From Cryomorphaceae bacterium (GTDB taxonomy: Bacteria > Bacteroidota > Bacteroidia > Flavobacteriales_D > Crocinitomicaceae), in NCBI GenBank assembly GCA_027490665.1, contig JAIXXP010000116.1:15840-79839 (forward strand): a stretch of 64,000 bases of DNA, read 5' to 3'. This document shows, in pieces, positions 18,164-28,215 of this stretch. The number at the start of each line of letters is the position of its first letter. The first letter of the stretch is position 1. The translations under genes were made by a program, and so were the position numbers. The notes under the pieces are model-generated. The model was given only the letters and a program-made list of their open reading frames with translations, did no database searches and was not told where the DNA came from.

Positions 18164-19207
18164 ATGCGTTTAAAATTGAGCCTTGTCTCTTTGGTATTGA
18201 CCTTTTCCCTCAGTCAGGGTGGTTTGCTTCTTGCCCAAGATTTTCATCTGACGCAAGCTGACCGGAGTATCCCATTTTTGAACCCTGCATTTGTAGGGAC
18301 TTATAAAGGCTTTGAAAAACTCACCTTGCTCAATCGCAATCAATGGATTGGTTCTGGCACCCAATTTTTGACGAGCTACGGTATGGCAGAATTTACGCCG
18401 GGCCGAACGCGCCAATCTGATCGTGCTTACGCAGGCCTTGCCGCTTCTTTTGGCAACGATGTAGGCGGAGACTCCCGCATGACCCAAAAGTCTTTTGGAA
18501 TCACAGCAAGTGGCCACCTCCCTCTGGCCAAAGGCCATTGGTTAGATGCTGGTATACAAACAGCAATTCAACAACGCAGTGCTGATTTCAGCAAATTACT
18601 TTACTACTCCCAATGGAATGGCAGCACGCTTGACCCTAGTATTTATTCTGGTGAAGAAAACGACTTTGTTAATTTTGCGTTTGTCGATGCAAGTTTGGGA
18701 ATGGCTTACCGTTTTGAACCCAATCAGCGGGGCGAACTGCGCAACGGCCAATGGTCTTTGCAAACGGGTTTCTCTTTACAGCACGTGAACCGCCCTCGCT
18801 TGCAATACAATACGCTTTCCGCCGATCGGCTTTATCAAAAAGCGGTTGCGTATACCTGTTTTTCTTTGGGTCTGAACGAAGTTTCTGCTTTGCAACTCTC
18901 GCTCACGCATTTGCGCCAAGGAGGGCACTCCGAAACCATGTTAGGAGCTATTTACCGCATGAAACTCCGAGGAAGCTCGCAGGTAACCAACGAAGTTAGC
19001 ACACGCTTTTTAAGTACGGGACTATATTTTAGATCTACGGCAGCAATTGCACCTTATGTAGCCATTGATCTTGGCGCCTTTGATTTTGGATTTTCCTATG
19101 ATGCTGATTTAGGTGCTGCGTCGTCTGTTTTCAGACACTCAGTAGAATTGAATCTATCCTATACATTTTTGAAGAAGTCTGCCTTTAAAGGTAGCCGTTT
19201 GCGCTAA
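18164..19207 (+). CDS. PorP/SprF family type IX secretion system membrane protein
   Basis: Signal peptide, then QDFHLTQADRSIPFLNPAFVGT, which is the PorP/SprF N-terminal signature. Beta-barrel-like remainder. Starts 2 nt after a type B CTD cargo gene, the usual pairing. Confidence 0.8.
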   Translation: MRLKLSLVSLVLTFSLSQGGLLLAQDFHLTQADRSIPFLNPAFVGTYKGFEKLTLLNRNQWIGSGTQFLTSYGMAEFTPGRTRQSDRAYAGLAASFGNDVGGDSRMTQKSFGITASGHLPLAKGHWLDAGIQTAIQQRSADFSKLLYYSQWNGSTLDPSIYSGEENDFVNFAFVDASLGMAYRFEPNQRGELRNGQWSLQTGFSLQHVNRPRLQYNTLSADRLYQKAVAYTCFSLGLNEVSALQLSLTHLRQGGHSETMLGAIYRMKLRGSSQVTNEVSTRFLSTGLYFRSTAAIAPYVAIDLGAFDFGFSYDADLGAASSVFRHSVELNLSYTFLKKSAFKGSRLR

Positions 19208-20711
19208 GAAAATTTTGCCATTGTGCGGCTTGTTCTTTGTTCATGACTCTTGGCATCTTGTTTTGAGCTCCGAGTTTTCCAATACTTTCTAAATAGGTAT
19301 AAAAAATCTTTGTAGGCAAAAGTTGAAGACTTGGCATGGGCATGTTGTGCTTGCGCACATAAGCGTAATCGTCATTGATGACCTGCAGTGCAGCATCAAT
19401 TTCTGAAATGATATTTTCATCTGCTTTCTGTTCATCACAACCAATATACCAACAGTGTTGTAGACCTTCTTCATTGGCATGGATGGTATATTCTGAAAAA
19501 GAAAGCTTATGTTGGGTAGAGACTTCTTTGAGGGCCTGATTGATATTATCTAAGGATAGATGCTCTCCGCAAAGGCTTAAAAATTGCTTGATTCTGCCGG
19601 AAATAGTGATTTCGTGTGTGGTGGTGTCTGTAAATCTGACTAGATCACCGATCATGTAACGCCACAGCCCAGCGTTTGTACTAATCACCATTGCGTAGTC
19701 GATTCCTGGCTTCACCTCACTGATGGTGTAGGCTTTGTGTTTGTTTTTGAGTTCGCCAGATTCAGTAAAATACTCTGAATTGAAAGGGATAAATTCAAAG
19801 AAGATGCTATTATTCATTAAGAGCGTCATTCCTTTTCTTTTTGGGCTTGTTTGGTAGCCAAAATAACCCTCGCTTGCCAAATAGGTGTCTAGTAGCACAA
19901 CAGGTTTGCCAGATACCTTCTGAAGCCTTTCCACGAAGGGGTCCATATAAACACCCCCGTGAACATAAACCTGAAAGTTAGGCCAGATTTCATGGATGTT
20001 TTGGAGTTTGTAATGTTGTACAATTTCTTCTAAAAGCAACACGCACCAACTCGGAATTCCGGCCATGATGCCGATGTCCCATTTTGGTGCTTCTTGAACC
20101 ATTAAAGGGAGTTTGGCCTTCCAGTCTTTTAGATTGGTGATTTTTTTATTTGGTTTGGTAAATGGAGCAGCAATGAGGGAGGTATGTTTCTTAAGAATAC
20201 CACTCAAGTCACCTTCATAATGCTGGTCGATTTTTTTCAATTTGGTGGATCCACCAACAGCGAGCACCTTTGCACTATAGAAAGAGTCGGGTAAATTCAA
20301 TTCGTGAAGAATAGAAAATTGGCGCAAAGAAACCCGTTGAAATGAGCGGATCATTTCGGTAGAAACCGGAATTCTCTTACTTGGCGCACCTGTTGTCCCA
20401 GAAGACAATGCGAAGTATTTGATGCGCCCTGGCCAAATTTGGTCTTTCTTCCCATTGATTGTTGCTGCGAGCCAATTTGTATAAAATGCTTCGTATTCTG
20501 TGATGGGTACGTTTTGTTGATACCTCGAAACGAGGTCACTTTTTTGAAGAATTGCTGCAAATTGGTATTGTTGCCCGAACGCGGTTTTTTTGGCGTGTTC
20601 GATATTTTGACGCAATGCTTCTAGCTGTTGTTTGTAGTCTGCGCTCGCGCGTGAAATCCGCTTGAAACTTATTGCTGTACTGCGCTGTATGAGCTTACCA
20701 ATTATCGGCAT
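19185..20711 (-). CDS. GH3 family (acyl-acid amido synthetase-like) protein
   Basis: 508 aa with the adenylating motif LSSGTTGAPSKRIPVS and overall GH3-family length. Its 3' end overlaps the PorP/SprF 3' end by 23 nt. Confidence 0.8.
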   Translation of the reverse strand: MPIIGKLIQRSTAISFKRISRASADYKQQLEALRQNIEHAKKTAFGQQYQFAAILQKSDLVSRYQQNVPITEYEAFYTNWLAATINGKKDQIWPGRIKYFALSSGTTGAPSKRIPVSTEMIRSFQRVSLRQFSILHELNLPDSFYSAKVLAVGGSTKLKKIDQHYEGDLSGILKKHTSLIAAPFTKPNKKITNLKDWKAKLPLMVQEAPKWDIGIMAGIPSWCVLLLEEIVQHYKLQNIHEIWPNFQVYVHGGVYMDPFVERLQKVSGKPVVLLDTYLASEGYFGYQTSPKRKGMTLLMNNSIFFEFIPFNSEYFTESGELKNKHKAYTISEVKPGIDYAMVISTNAGLWRYMIGDLVRFTDTTTHEITISGRIKQFLSLCGEHLSLDNINQALKEVSTQHKLSFSEYTIHANEEGLQHCWYIGCDEQKADENIISEIDAALQVINDDYAYVRKHNMPMPSLQLLPTKIFYTYLESIGKLGAQNKMPRVMNKEQAAQWQNFLSANGYL

Positions 20712-20744
20712 TTGTTAGGAAGCATTTTTAGTATTGGCTTCACA

Positions 20745-20752
20745 CAAAAATA
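20745..20752 (-). promoter_or_regulatory. candidate -7 box (TATTTTTG on minus strand) for the GH3 gene
   Basis: Perfect TAnnTTTG match 33 nt upstream of ATG 20711. Confidence 0.3.
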
Positions 20753-20788
20753 AAGAGAAAACTAGTGCGTTCTTACTGCACTTTGTTT

Positions 20789-20796
20789 TAAATTTG
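20789..20796 (+). promoter_or_regulatory. candidate -7 box TAAATTTG for the usp gene
   Basis: Perfect TAnnTTTG match 14 nt upstream of ATG 20811. Confidence 0.45.
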
Positions 20797-20810
20797 TAAA
20801 AAACTCGACT

Positions 20811-21635
20811 ATGCAAACCAAAAACTTCATTGTTCCTCACGACTTTACCGCTGTAGCAGACATCGCCTTACAACACGCTATTGCCACTGCCAAACCACTA
20901 GGTGCTGAAATTCAAGTACTTCATGTGGTTTCAAAAGAAGCTCAAATTCCAGAAGCTCTTGCGCAATTAGAGAATATCATCGGAGGTTTTGAGCATGAAG
21001 GAGTGCAACTCAAGCCAAATGTGCGCATCGGAAGCATTTTCGAAGACATCGGCGCATTTGCTGCCGAGCATCAGGCTGAACTCATCGTTATGGGCACCCA
21101 CGGCGCTCACGGTTGGCAACACATCACTGGTAGCCGTGCACTCAAAGTAGTCACCAGTTCTCAAGTTCCTTTTATCATTGTCCAAGAAAAAGCAGTAAAA
21201 GCTAGTGGCTACGACTCCATCGTTGTGCCAATGGACCTCCACAAAGAAACCAAACAAAAGCTTTCTATTGTAGCTAATTTGGCTCAATACTTCAATTCAA
21301 AAGTACACGTAGTTACCCCAGACGAAACCGACGAGTTCCTGCATCACCAAGTTCGATCCAACATTACTTTCTCTGAGTCTTTTTTCAAGGACCGAGGCAT
21401 CGAAATGACTAGCGCAGTTGTACCGAGTTCTGGCTTTGATAAAGAAGTTGTGAAATACGCAGTAAGTGTAGACGCAGACCTCATTGCCATCATGAATCTT
21501 CAACGCAACAACCTATTTACTGCGCTTACGAGCAACCACGAGCAATACATCATTACCAATGATGCACTCATCCCAACATTGATTGTCAATCCGATACACC
21601 TTGGTTCGGACTACAGCAATATGTTCTCGATGTAA
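20811..21635 (+). CDS. tandem-domain universal stress protein
   Basis: 274 aa with two Usp modules. [10 protein letters not shown] is the ATP-binding-type motif in the first module. Confidence 0.8.
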   Translation: MQTKNFIVPHDFTAVADIALQHAIATAKPLGAEIQVLHVVSKEAQIPEALAQLENIIGGFEHEGVQLKPNVRIGSIFEDIGAFAAEHQAELIVMGTHGAHGWQHITGSRALKVVTSSQVPFIIVQEKAVKASGYDSIVVPMDLHKETKQKLSIVANLAQYFNSKVHVVTPDETDEFLHHQVRSNITFSESFFKDRGIEMTSAVVPSSGFDKEVVKYAVSVDADLIAIMNLQRNNLFTALTSNHEQYIITNDALIPTLIVNPIHLGSDYSNMFSM

Positions 21636-21637
21636 GC

Positions 21638-22636
21638 ATGTCTAAACTCATCACGTTACACGAGTTTATTGTCACTAAGCAAAAAGATTTCCCATTTGCA
21701 AGTGGAGAACTTTCCCGTTTGTTACACGACATCTCCTTGGCTGCCAAAATAGTCAGCAACGATGTCCGTAAGGCAGGTTTAGTGGACCACATACTTGGCG
21801 CCCAAGGCGGTCAAAATGTGCAAGGTGAAGAGCAACAAAAATTAGATGTCGTAGCCGACGAAGCCTTCATTCGTGCTTTTCAAAATGGCGGAGAAGTTTG
21901 CGGCATCGCCTCTGAAGAAAACGACGACTTCCTCGCCTTTGAATCCGAAAGCGCTCAAAATGCACACTATGTGGTTTTGTTTGATCCGCTAGATGGCTCT
22001 TCTAACATAGACGTCAATGTATCTATTGGTACCATTTTCTCTATTTACCGACGTGTTTCAGCAGTCGGAACACCCGCAACGCTCCAAGACATGCTCCAAG
22101 CTGGCACCCAACAGGTTGCAGCGGGCTACGTGCTCTACGGTTCATCCACCATTTTAGTTTATACCACGGGTAAAGGTGTCAATGGCTTTACACTAGACCC
22201 TTCAGTTGGCGAGTTTTTCTTATCGCACCCCAATATGCAAATGCCAGAAAATGGCAGGTTGTATTCCGTAAATGAAGGCAATTTAAACGATTTCGATCCG
22301 CAGTTGCGCGCTTACCTAGCCTATTGTCAATCCAATGACAACCAAACAGGCAAACCGTATTCAGGTCGATATATCGGCTCTCTAGTTGCTGATTTTCACC
22401 GCAACCTGATCAAAGGTGGTATTTATATATATCCAACTGTTCCATCAGCCCCACAAGGGCGCTTGCGCTTGCTTTATGAGTGCAATCCGTTGGCTTTCAT
22501 TGCCGAACAAGCAGGTGGCCTGGCAACCGACGGCAAACAACGTATTTTGGATATCGAGCCAACGGCACTTCACCAACGAGTTGGCTTGTATATTGGCTCT
22601 AAGCTAATGGTAGAAAAAGCAATGGGCTTGCTTTAA
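21638..22636 (+). CDS. fbp: fructose-1,6-bisphosphatase class 1
   Basis: Motifs [48 protein letters not shown] and [19 protein letters not shown]. Confidence 0.95.
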   Translation: MSKLITLHEFIVTKQKDFPFASGELSRLLHDISLAAKIVSNDVRKAGLVDHILGAQGGQNVQGEEQQKLDVVADEAFIRAFQNGGEVCGIASEENDDFLAFESESAQNAHYVVLFDPLDGSSNIDVNVSIGTIFSIYRRVSAVGTPATLQDMLQAGTQQVAAGYVLYGSSTILVYTTGKGVNGFTLDPSVGEFFLSHPNMQMPENGRLYSVNEGNLNDFDPQLRAYLAYCQSNDNQTGKPYSGRYIGSLVADFHRNLIKGGIYIYPTVPSAPQGRLRLLYECNPLAFIAEQAGGLATDGKQRILDIEPTALHQRVGLYIGSKLMVEKAMGLL

Positions 22637-23397
22637 GAGTTCGAAGCTTTCAGATTAATGGTGTAGTCCATCTCTACAATTCCAGCTCCTGGTTCTTTAT
22701 TGTATTTTACTTCGCGCTTGATGCGCTCTTTGATGTCGTTGATGGTGCGGTCATCTACGCAAGTAGTTACCGATTTGATCGAGCGAACACCTACAACTTG
22801 CCCTTCGGCATTGACCTGTACTTTAAAACCGATGCGGCAGTCGAAGTCGTTTTCATATCTTGGTAAGTTCACATTGTTTTGGCGAATTCTTCCTTTGCCA
22901 GAGCCTCTGCCATTTCCAATGCCGTCTCCATCGCCGTTTCCTGAGCCAGGTCCGCCAAAAGGACCGTTTCCTGAGCCATTTCCGTTGCCACTGCCGCCAT
23001 TAAATAAGTTGGTGCTGCGCGACGTGGTAGACGTGCCGTTTGTTCCGTTCTGAGAATTCTGGTTGTTGGAATTACCGCTATTGTGCGTAAAGTCACTTTG
23101 TCTGGAAGTAGCAACCCTTTCTGTTTGCTCCGCAGGTGGCGCTATACGGCCAGAACCTGGGCTACCACCACCACGAGAGCCACCCGCGGCTTCCTCGAGC
23201 TCTACGTTGTCTATCTGAAATTCTTCAATGACTTCATCAGAGCGCAAAGGAGGGGTATCAACAAGCTGATCGGGGCGCGCATCGAACTTAATGATGATGG
23301 CTAAAAGCAATAAACTCACCAACCAAACGGAAGTATAGACCAATGATTTTTTAGCGTCTTCACGTGCGCTGCTTAACTCTAATTGTAACTTATCCAT
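22633..23397 (-). CDS. TonB-like energy transducer with Gly/Asn/Ser-rich linker
   Basis: N-terminal TM anchor ([17 protein letters not shown]). Third gene after exbB-exbD. The C-terminal roughly 80 aa resemble a TonB C-terminal domain ([20 protein letters not shown]...). The linker is low complexity ([30 protein letters not shown]). Confidence 0.55.
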   Translation of the reverse strand: MDKLQLELSSAREDAKKSLVYTSVWLVSLLLLAIIIKFDARPDQLVDTPPLRSDEVIEEFQIDNVELEEAAGGSRGGGSPGSGRIAPPAEQTERVATSRQSDFTHNSGNSNNQNSQNGTNGTSTTSRSTNLFNGGSGNGNGSGNGPFGGPGSGNGDGDGIGNGRGSGKGRIRQNNVNLPRYENDFDCRIGFKVQVNAEGQVVGVRSIKSVTTCVDDRTINDIKERIKREVKYNKEPGAGIVEMDYTINLKASNS

Positions 23398-23429
23398 AGC
23401 TTGTAAATTTGTGCTCGAAAGAATAATGC

Positions 23430-23837
23430 CTATCCTTCTTTGGTAGCAATGATCATTTTGAGGTCGTTGAGCATTCCTATCTTAAGAAGGTCAACGAGCT
23501 CTTGAACTTGTGCATCAAAAGGCAAACGCAAAATAACGGTGTTGTCGCCTAGTTTTTTGGTCTCGCCGATTAGAACTCCTTCAAGTTGATCTAAAGCGAT
23601 TTCGTCGTTATTCACAAAGAAATGACGCTGTTGATTTTCATCGAACTTCACGGTTAAAGTAACGTGCTGTTGTTGGGTCTTTTCGTTGGCATCTGACTTA
23701 GGCAATGGAACTTTGATGACGTTCGGATTGGCTAAAGTAGAGATGATCAAAAAGAACAGGAGCAAGAAGAACATGATGTCGCTCAAAGCAGAAGTAGCCA
23801 CCTCTGCATGGAACCTTCTATTTCGCTTTATGGCCAT
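23430..23837 (-). CDS. exbD: biopolymer transporter ExbD/TolR
   Basis: 135 aa. N-terminal basic segment plus TM (SALSDIMFFLLLFFLIIS), with a typical ExbD periplasmic domain. Confidence 0.85.
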   Translation of the reverse strand: MAIKRNRRFHAEVATSALSDIMFFLLLFFLIISTLANPNVIKVPLPKSDANEKTQQQHVTLTVKFDENQQRHFFVNNDEIALDQLEGVLIGETKKLGDNTVILRLPFDAQVQELVDLLKIGMLNDLKMIIATKEG

Positions 23838-24594
23838 TTTTCGAGCTAATTAATTTGACAAATTCTAAATTGACTTTTTGAATGGCAAGTGCATAATTAT
23901 CGATAAGTCCATTGAGGAGGTGGTAGGCAGTGAAGGCTAAAATACCTACAACTAAACCAGAGCCAGAGGAGATCATTTTTTCATACAAACCACCCGAGAT
24001 ATTACCAATTGATACGTTTTCAGAGATCGAGATGCTGTAGAAAATTTTGATAACACCAGAGATGGTGCCAATAAAACCAAGTGTTGGAGCAATACCTGCA
24101 ATTAGCCCTAAATGGTTGATGTTTTTTTCCATTTTACCAATTTCAATATTGGCTACTTTTTCCATGTTGGCTTCAATTTGTGGAATTGGTCGACCAATGG
24201 ATTGAAACCCTTCGTTTACGACAGTGCCAAAAGAAGTTTGATCTCTATTCAAATTTGAAATTGCTTCAGAATTGATGCTTTTGCTTTCTTCATCGGTAAT
24301 TCCTACCTTATTTAATCGCTCCCAATATGGCTGAATTTCCTGAATTAAATTTTGATTTTGTTTGGTCATGCGGCGGATGTATAAAAAGCGCTCAACTGCC
24401 ACATAGGTAGTGTAAAACAATAAGAGTACAATCGGAATTAAGAAGACCCCACCTTTCATGAGGAAGTCGATTGCTGAAATTTCTTCGACAGTTTTAAAAG
24501 ATTCTTCGGTGGCTGCTTCGGCTACTTGTGCGCTCAAAACTCCTGCGCTCATTAAGAACGCTGCTGCTAATGTGTATTTTACAGAAAACTTCAT
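23818..24594 (-). CDS. exbB: MotA/TolQ/ExbB proton channel family protein
   Basis: Signal peptide ...VLSA|Q. The channel motif is GLIAGIAPTLGFIGTISGVIKIF. Overlaps the exbD start by 20 nt. Confidence 0.85.
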   Translation of the reverse strand: MKFSVKYTLAAAFLMSAGVLSAQVAEAATEESFKTVEEISAIDFLMKGGVFLIPIVLLLFYTTYVAVERFLYIRRMTKQNQNLIQEIQPYWERLNKVGITDEESKSINSEAISNLNRDQTSFGTVVNEGFQSIGRPIPQIEANMEKVANIEIGKMEKNINHLGLIAGIAPTLGFIGTISGVIKIFYSISISENVSIGNISGGLYEKMISSGSGLVVGILAFTAYHLLNGLIDNYALAIQKVNLEFVKLISSKNGHKAK

Positions 24595-24741
24595 ATTTGG
24601 GTTCTATTTTGGTACGCTAAAATTAGTCATTGAGAATAGGCTGCTTGCTGATTTTATTTGGAGATATTCACACTGAATTGTTATTTGTAACGTTATTGCC
24701 CGAAAACGTCACAAAATCTTTCGCTCCGCGGATACTTTACG

Positions 24742-24749
24742 TAATTTTG
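24742..24749 (+). promoter_or_regulatory. candidate -7 box TAATTTTG for mfd
   Basis: Perfect TAnnTTTG match 9 nt upstream of ATG 24759. This supports the internal start over the listed 24630 start. Confidence 0.45.
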
Positions 24750-24758
24750 CAGCCCGCT

Positions 24759-27700
24759 ATGGAACTGAACACCTTTATCAAAACCCTTGCCAAACATCCA
24801 GCACTTGATAGGAGTGCTGCTGCCTTGCAAACTACCAACGCCAGATTGCATTGGAAGGGCATGGTAGGTTCGGCCAAATCCTTACTATCCTTGATGGTGG
24901 CGCAACAAGTTCCGGGTACTCACTTGTTCATTCTTTCCGATAAAGAAGAAGCAGCTTATTTCCTCAACGACTTCGAGGGCCTTTTTCCTGACGACAAACG
25001 CATTTTATTTTATCCAGCGTCTTATCGGGTTCCTTACCAACAAGAGCAGACCGACAACTCAAATGTTGTAGCTAGGGCCGAGGTCTTAGAAAAGCTCAGC
25101 GACAAACAAAATACTTGGGTAGTTACTTATCCAGAAGCGCTTTTTGAGAAAATTCCGACGAAAAAGAATTTGGTCAAGCACACCATGCGCTTAGAGGTGT
25201 CCAAAACTTACAGCACTGATTTTCTAAATGATTTGCTTTTGGAATATCAGTTTGACCGCGTAGATTTCGTTTATGAGCCAGGTCAATTTTCCATAAGAGG
25301 TGGTATTTTAGATGTATTTTCTTTCGCCAATGAGCATCCGTTTCGGATCGAGTTTTTTGGCGATGAGGTAGAGAGCATCCGTACTTTTGATGCGGCCAGT
25401 CAGCTTTCTATTGCTAGTCATCAATTTTTTAATGTTGTACCCAATATTCAATCGGGCCAAAGTTTAGAAATTCAAGAAACACTTCTCGGTTTTGTAGGCA
25501 GCCAGACCATTTGCTGGATGGCCGATGTACAACGCACCTATGACGTCTTGAAACGTGAATACGAACGTGCAGTTGAAATTCATAGCAAACACGACGGCCC
25601 AGTGCAGTATGCTTTGCCACAAGACAAATTTGTATCACACCTCGCTTTTGAAGAGCAACTAGCAGCACACCGTGTCATAGAATACGGTCCAGTTTTTCAT
25701 TTCAAGGCGAGCCATACTGAAACCTTTGATTGTATTCCGCAGCCAAGTTTCAATAAAGATTTTGAGCGTCTCAATACCGATTTAAAAGCGCGCAAGGCCG
25801 AAGGATATCAAAACCTGATTTTCTCTAACCAACCGCGTCAGGTAGAGCGTTTGTATCAAATTTTTAGTGACATCGGCGAAGAAGGCGAGTTTAGTGCACT
25901 GCCAATAGCGCTGCACGAAGGTTTCATCTTTCCCTCGCTCAAATTGGTGTGCTATACCGATCACCAACTTTTTGAGCGCTACCACCGTTTCCGTTTGAAA
26001 GAAGGTTTCAAGCAAGCCAAACAAGCACTTACGCTTAAAGAAATTTACCAACTTCAGAAAGGTGATTACGTTACCCATATTGACCACGGTGTGGGTCAAT
26101 TTTCTGGTTTGGAAACCATAGATGTCAATGGCAAACCCCAAGAAGCCATTCGTTTGGTCTATAAAGATGGCGACGTACTTTATGTTGGCATTCACTCCTT
26201 GCACCGCATTTCAAAGTTTACTGGCAAAGAGGGCAGTGCGCCAACGCTCAACAAACTCGGTACTCAAGCGTGGTCAAATTTAAAGAACAAGACCAAAAAG
26301 AAAATCAAAGAACTTGCGTTTGACCTCATAAAGCTTTACGCCCAAAGACGCAGCAAACCCGGTTTTTCTTTCGCACCAGATAGCTATTTGCAAAATGAGC
26401 TTGAGGCATCTTTCATGTTTGAAGACACCCCAGATCAGTACAAAGCAACCCAAGACATCAAACGCGACATGGAAGCACCCCGGCCAATGGATCGCTTGGT
26501 TTGTGGCGACGTTGGTTTTGGTAAAACAGAAGTGGCTATCCGTGCAGCATTCAAGGCGGTTACTGACTCCAAACAAGTAGCTGTTTTGGTCCCAACTACC
26601 ATATTATCGTTGCAGCATTACCGCAGCTTTAAAGCCAGACTTTCTAGTTTTCCGGTTACCGTAGATTACATCAACCGCTTTAAGTCCGCTAAAGAAATTA
26701 CTGAAACACTCAAGAAACTCGCGGCAGGCCAAATCGATATCTTAATTGGTACGCATGCGTTGGTTGCCGAACGGGTCAAGTTCAAGGACCTCGGCCTCAT
26801 GATCATCGACGAAGAGCAAAAGTTTGGCGTTGCTGTCAAGGACAAACTCAAAACACTTCGCACCACAGTTGATACCCTCACCCTTACCGCAACACCAATA
26901 CCACGCACCTTACAATTTTCTTTGATGGGTGCCCGCGACCTCAGCATCATTAATACGCCGCCGCCAAATCGCCAGCCTGTATTGACCGATATTATTTCTT
27001 TTAACGAAGAACAAATCCGCGATGCCATTGCATATGAAGTAGGGCGCGGAGGCCAAGTGTTTTTTGTCAATAACCGGCTTTCCAATATCAAAGAACTCTC
27101 CGGCATGATCCAACGTTTGTGCCCAGGCGTGAGAGTTGGTATTGGCCATGGCCAAATGGATGGAAAACAACTCGAAAAAATCATGATGGATTTCATCGAA
27201 GGTGCTTACGACGTTTTACTGGCCACCACCATTATAGAGTCGGGTATAGACATCTCTAATGCCAATACCATCATCATCAACGATGCGCATCAGTTTGGCT
27301 TAAGCGACCTCCACCAATTAAGAGGAAGGGTAGGTCGCAGTAACAAAAAAGGATTTTGCTACCTCATCGCCCCAAAATTCAGCATAATGACCTCAGAGGC
27401 GCGCAAGCGCTTAGAAGCGCTGGTTCAATTTTCAGATTTAGGTTCGGGCTTCAATATTGCCATGAAAGACCTCGACATACGCGGTGCTGGCAATATGCTA
27501 GGTGGTGAACAAAGTGGTTTCATTGCTGAAATTGGTTTTGAGATGTATCAAAAAATCCTCAACGAGGCCATGCAAGAGCTGCGCGAAAGCGAATACAAAG
27601 AACTTTTTGATGACCGCGTTACAGATCAGTTCAATGGTTTTGTCCAAGACTGTGTCTTTGAAACTGACATGGAAGTACGCATCCCTGATCAATACGTCAA

Positions 27701-28097
27701 TCAGGTCGCAGAGCGCTTGAGTTTATATCAGGCCATGGACAACCTCAAAGACAAAGAAGAGCTCGCTGCGTTTAGTTTGCAATTACAAGACCGCTTTGGG
27801 CCCTTACCAAAAGAGGTGAAGGAACTTTTGTTCTCCTTTGAATTGCGTTGGTTGGCCGAATCCATGGGCTTGGAACGTTTGGTGCTCAAATCCGAAAAAA
27901 TGGTGGGGCACTTTATTGCCAACCCACAATCGCCATTCTATGAAACTGATCAATTTCAAGTTATCCTCAACAAAATACTCTCACAACCAGCAGGTTACCG
28001 ACTTGTTCAAAAAGACGACAAATTGAGGCTAGTCATTGAACCGATCCGTCATATCAAAGACGCATTTGAGAAATTGCAAGCGCTCAAAGACAGCTAA
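24759..28097 (+). CDS. mfd: transcription-repair coupling factor
   Basis: UvrB-homology N-terminus, an RNAP-interacting segment, the helicase Walker A CGDVGFGKTEVA, IIDEEQKFG, TATPIPRTL, QLRGRVGRS and a TRCF C-terminal domain. Confidence 0.95.
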   Translation: MELNTFIKTLAKHPALDRSAAALQTTNARLHWKGMVGSAKSLLSLMVAQQVPGTHLFILSDKEEAAYFLNDFEGLFPDDKRILFYPASYRVPYQQEQTDNSNVVARAEVLEKLSDKQNTWVVTYPEALFEKIPTKKNLVKHTMRLEVSKTYSTDFLNDLLLEYQFDRVDFVYEPGQFSIRGGILDVFSFANEHPFRIEFFGDEVESIRTFDAASQLSIASHQFFNVVPNIQSGQSLEIQETLLGFVGSQTICWMADVQRTYDVLKREYERAVEIHSKHDGPVQYALPQDKFVSHLAFEEQLAAHRVIEYGPVFHFKASHTETFDCIPQPSFNKDFERLNTDLKARKAEGYQNLIFSNQPRQVERLYQIFSDIGEEGEFSALPIALHEGFIFPSLKLVCYTDHQLFERYHRFRLKEGFKQAKQALTLKEIYQLQKGDYVTHIDHGVGQFSGLETIDVNGKPQEAIRLVYKDGDVLYVGIHSLHRISKFTGKEGSAPTLNKLGTQAWSNLKNKTKKKIKELAFDLIKLYAQRRSKPGFSFAPDSYLQNELEASFMFEDTPDQYKATQDIKRDMEAPRPMDRLVCGDVGFGKTEVAIRAAFKAVTDSKQVAVLVPTTILSLQHYRSFKARLSSFPVTVDYINRFKSAKEITETLKKLAAGQIDILIGTHALVAERVKFKDLGLMIIDEEQKFGVAVKDKLKTLRTTVDTLTLTATPIPRTLQFSLMGARDLSIINTPPPNRQPVLTDIISFNEEQIRDAIAYEVGRGGQVFFVNNRLSNIKELSGMIQRLCPGVRVGIGHGQMDGKQLEKIMMDFIEGAYDVLLATTIIESGIDISNANTIIINDAHQFGLSDLHQLRGRVGRSNKKGFCYLIAPKFSIMTSEARKRLEALVQFSDLGSGFNIAMKDLDIRGAGNMLGGEQSGFIAEIGFEMYQKILNEAMQELRESEYKELFDDRVTDQFNGFVQDCVFETDMEVRIPDQYVNQVAERLSLYQAMDNLKDKEELAAFSLQLQDRFGPLPKEVKELLFSFELRWLAESMGLERLVLKSEKMVGHFIANPQSPFYETDQFQVILNKILSQPAGYRLVQKDDKLRLVIEPIRHIKDAFEKLQALKDS

Positions 28098-28215
28098 AAA
28101 GCTTGTCCTATCGACTAAATTGTGTTTACTTGACTTACGTCAATAGATATTTAATTGCTTTGTTGCAACTTTGTATCCATTAATTTGTTTAAACAGTAAT
28201 CTAAAAATTTAAAAA

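Noticed and set aside
19185-20711. GH3 protein plus LOG protein (58836-59516) as a possible plant-hormone (auxin/cytokinin) manipulation system.
   Set aside because: The two genes are 38 kb apart and sit in unrelated housekeeping contexts. To my knowledge both families are broadly distributed in free-living Bacteroidota. The sequence gives no evidence of a functional link.
22700-23053. 117-aa Pro-rich + strand ORF and an 81-aa minus-strand ORF in the TonB-like gene.
   Set aside because: They are alternative-frame readings of the Gly/Asn/Ser low-complexity linker and are artefacts of repetitive codons.
26666-27196. 176-aa antisense ORF inside mfd, together with the listed ORFs at 25782-26204 and 26280-26576.
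   Set aside because: These are embedded antisense in a strongly recognisable mfd coding region. I treat them as shadow ORFs.
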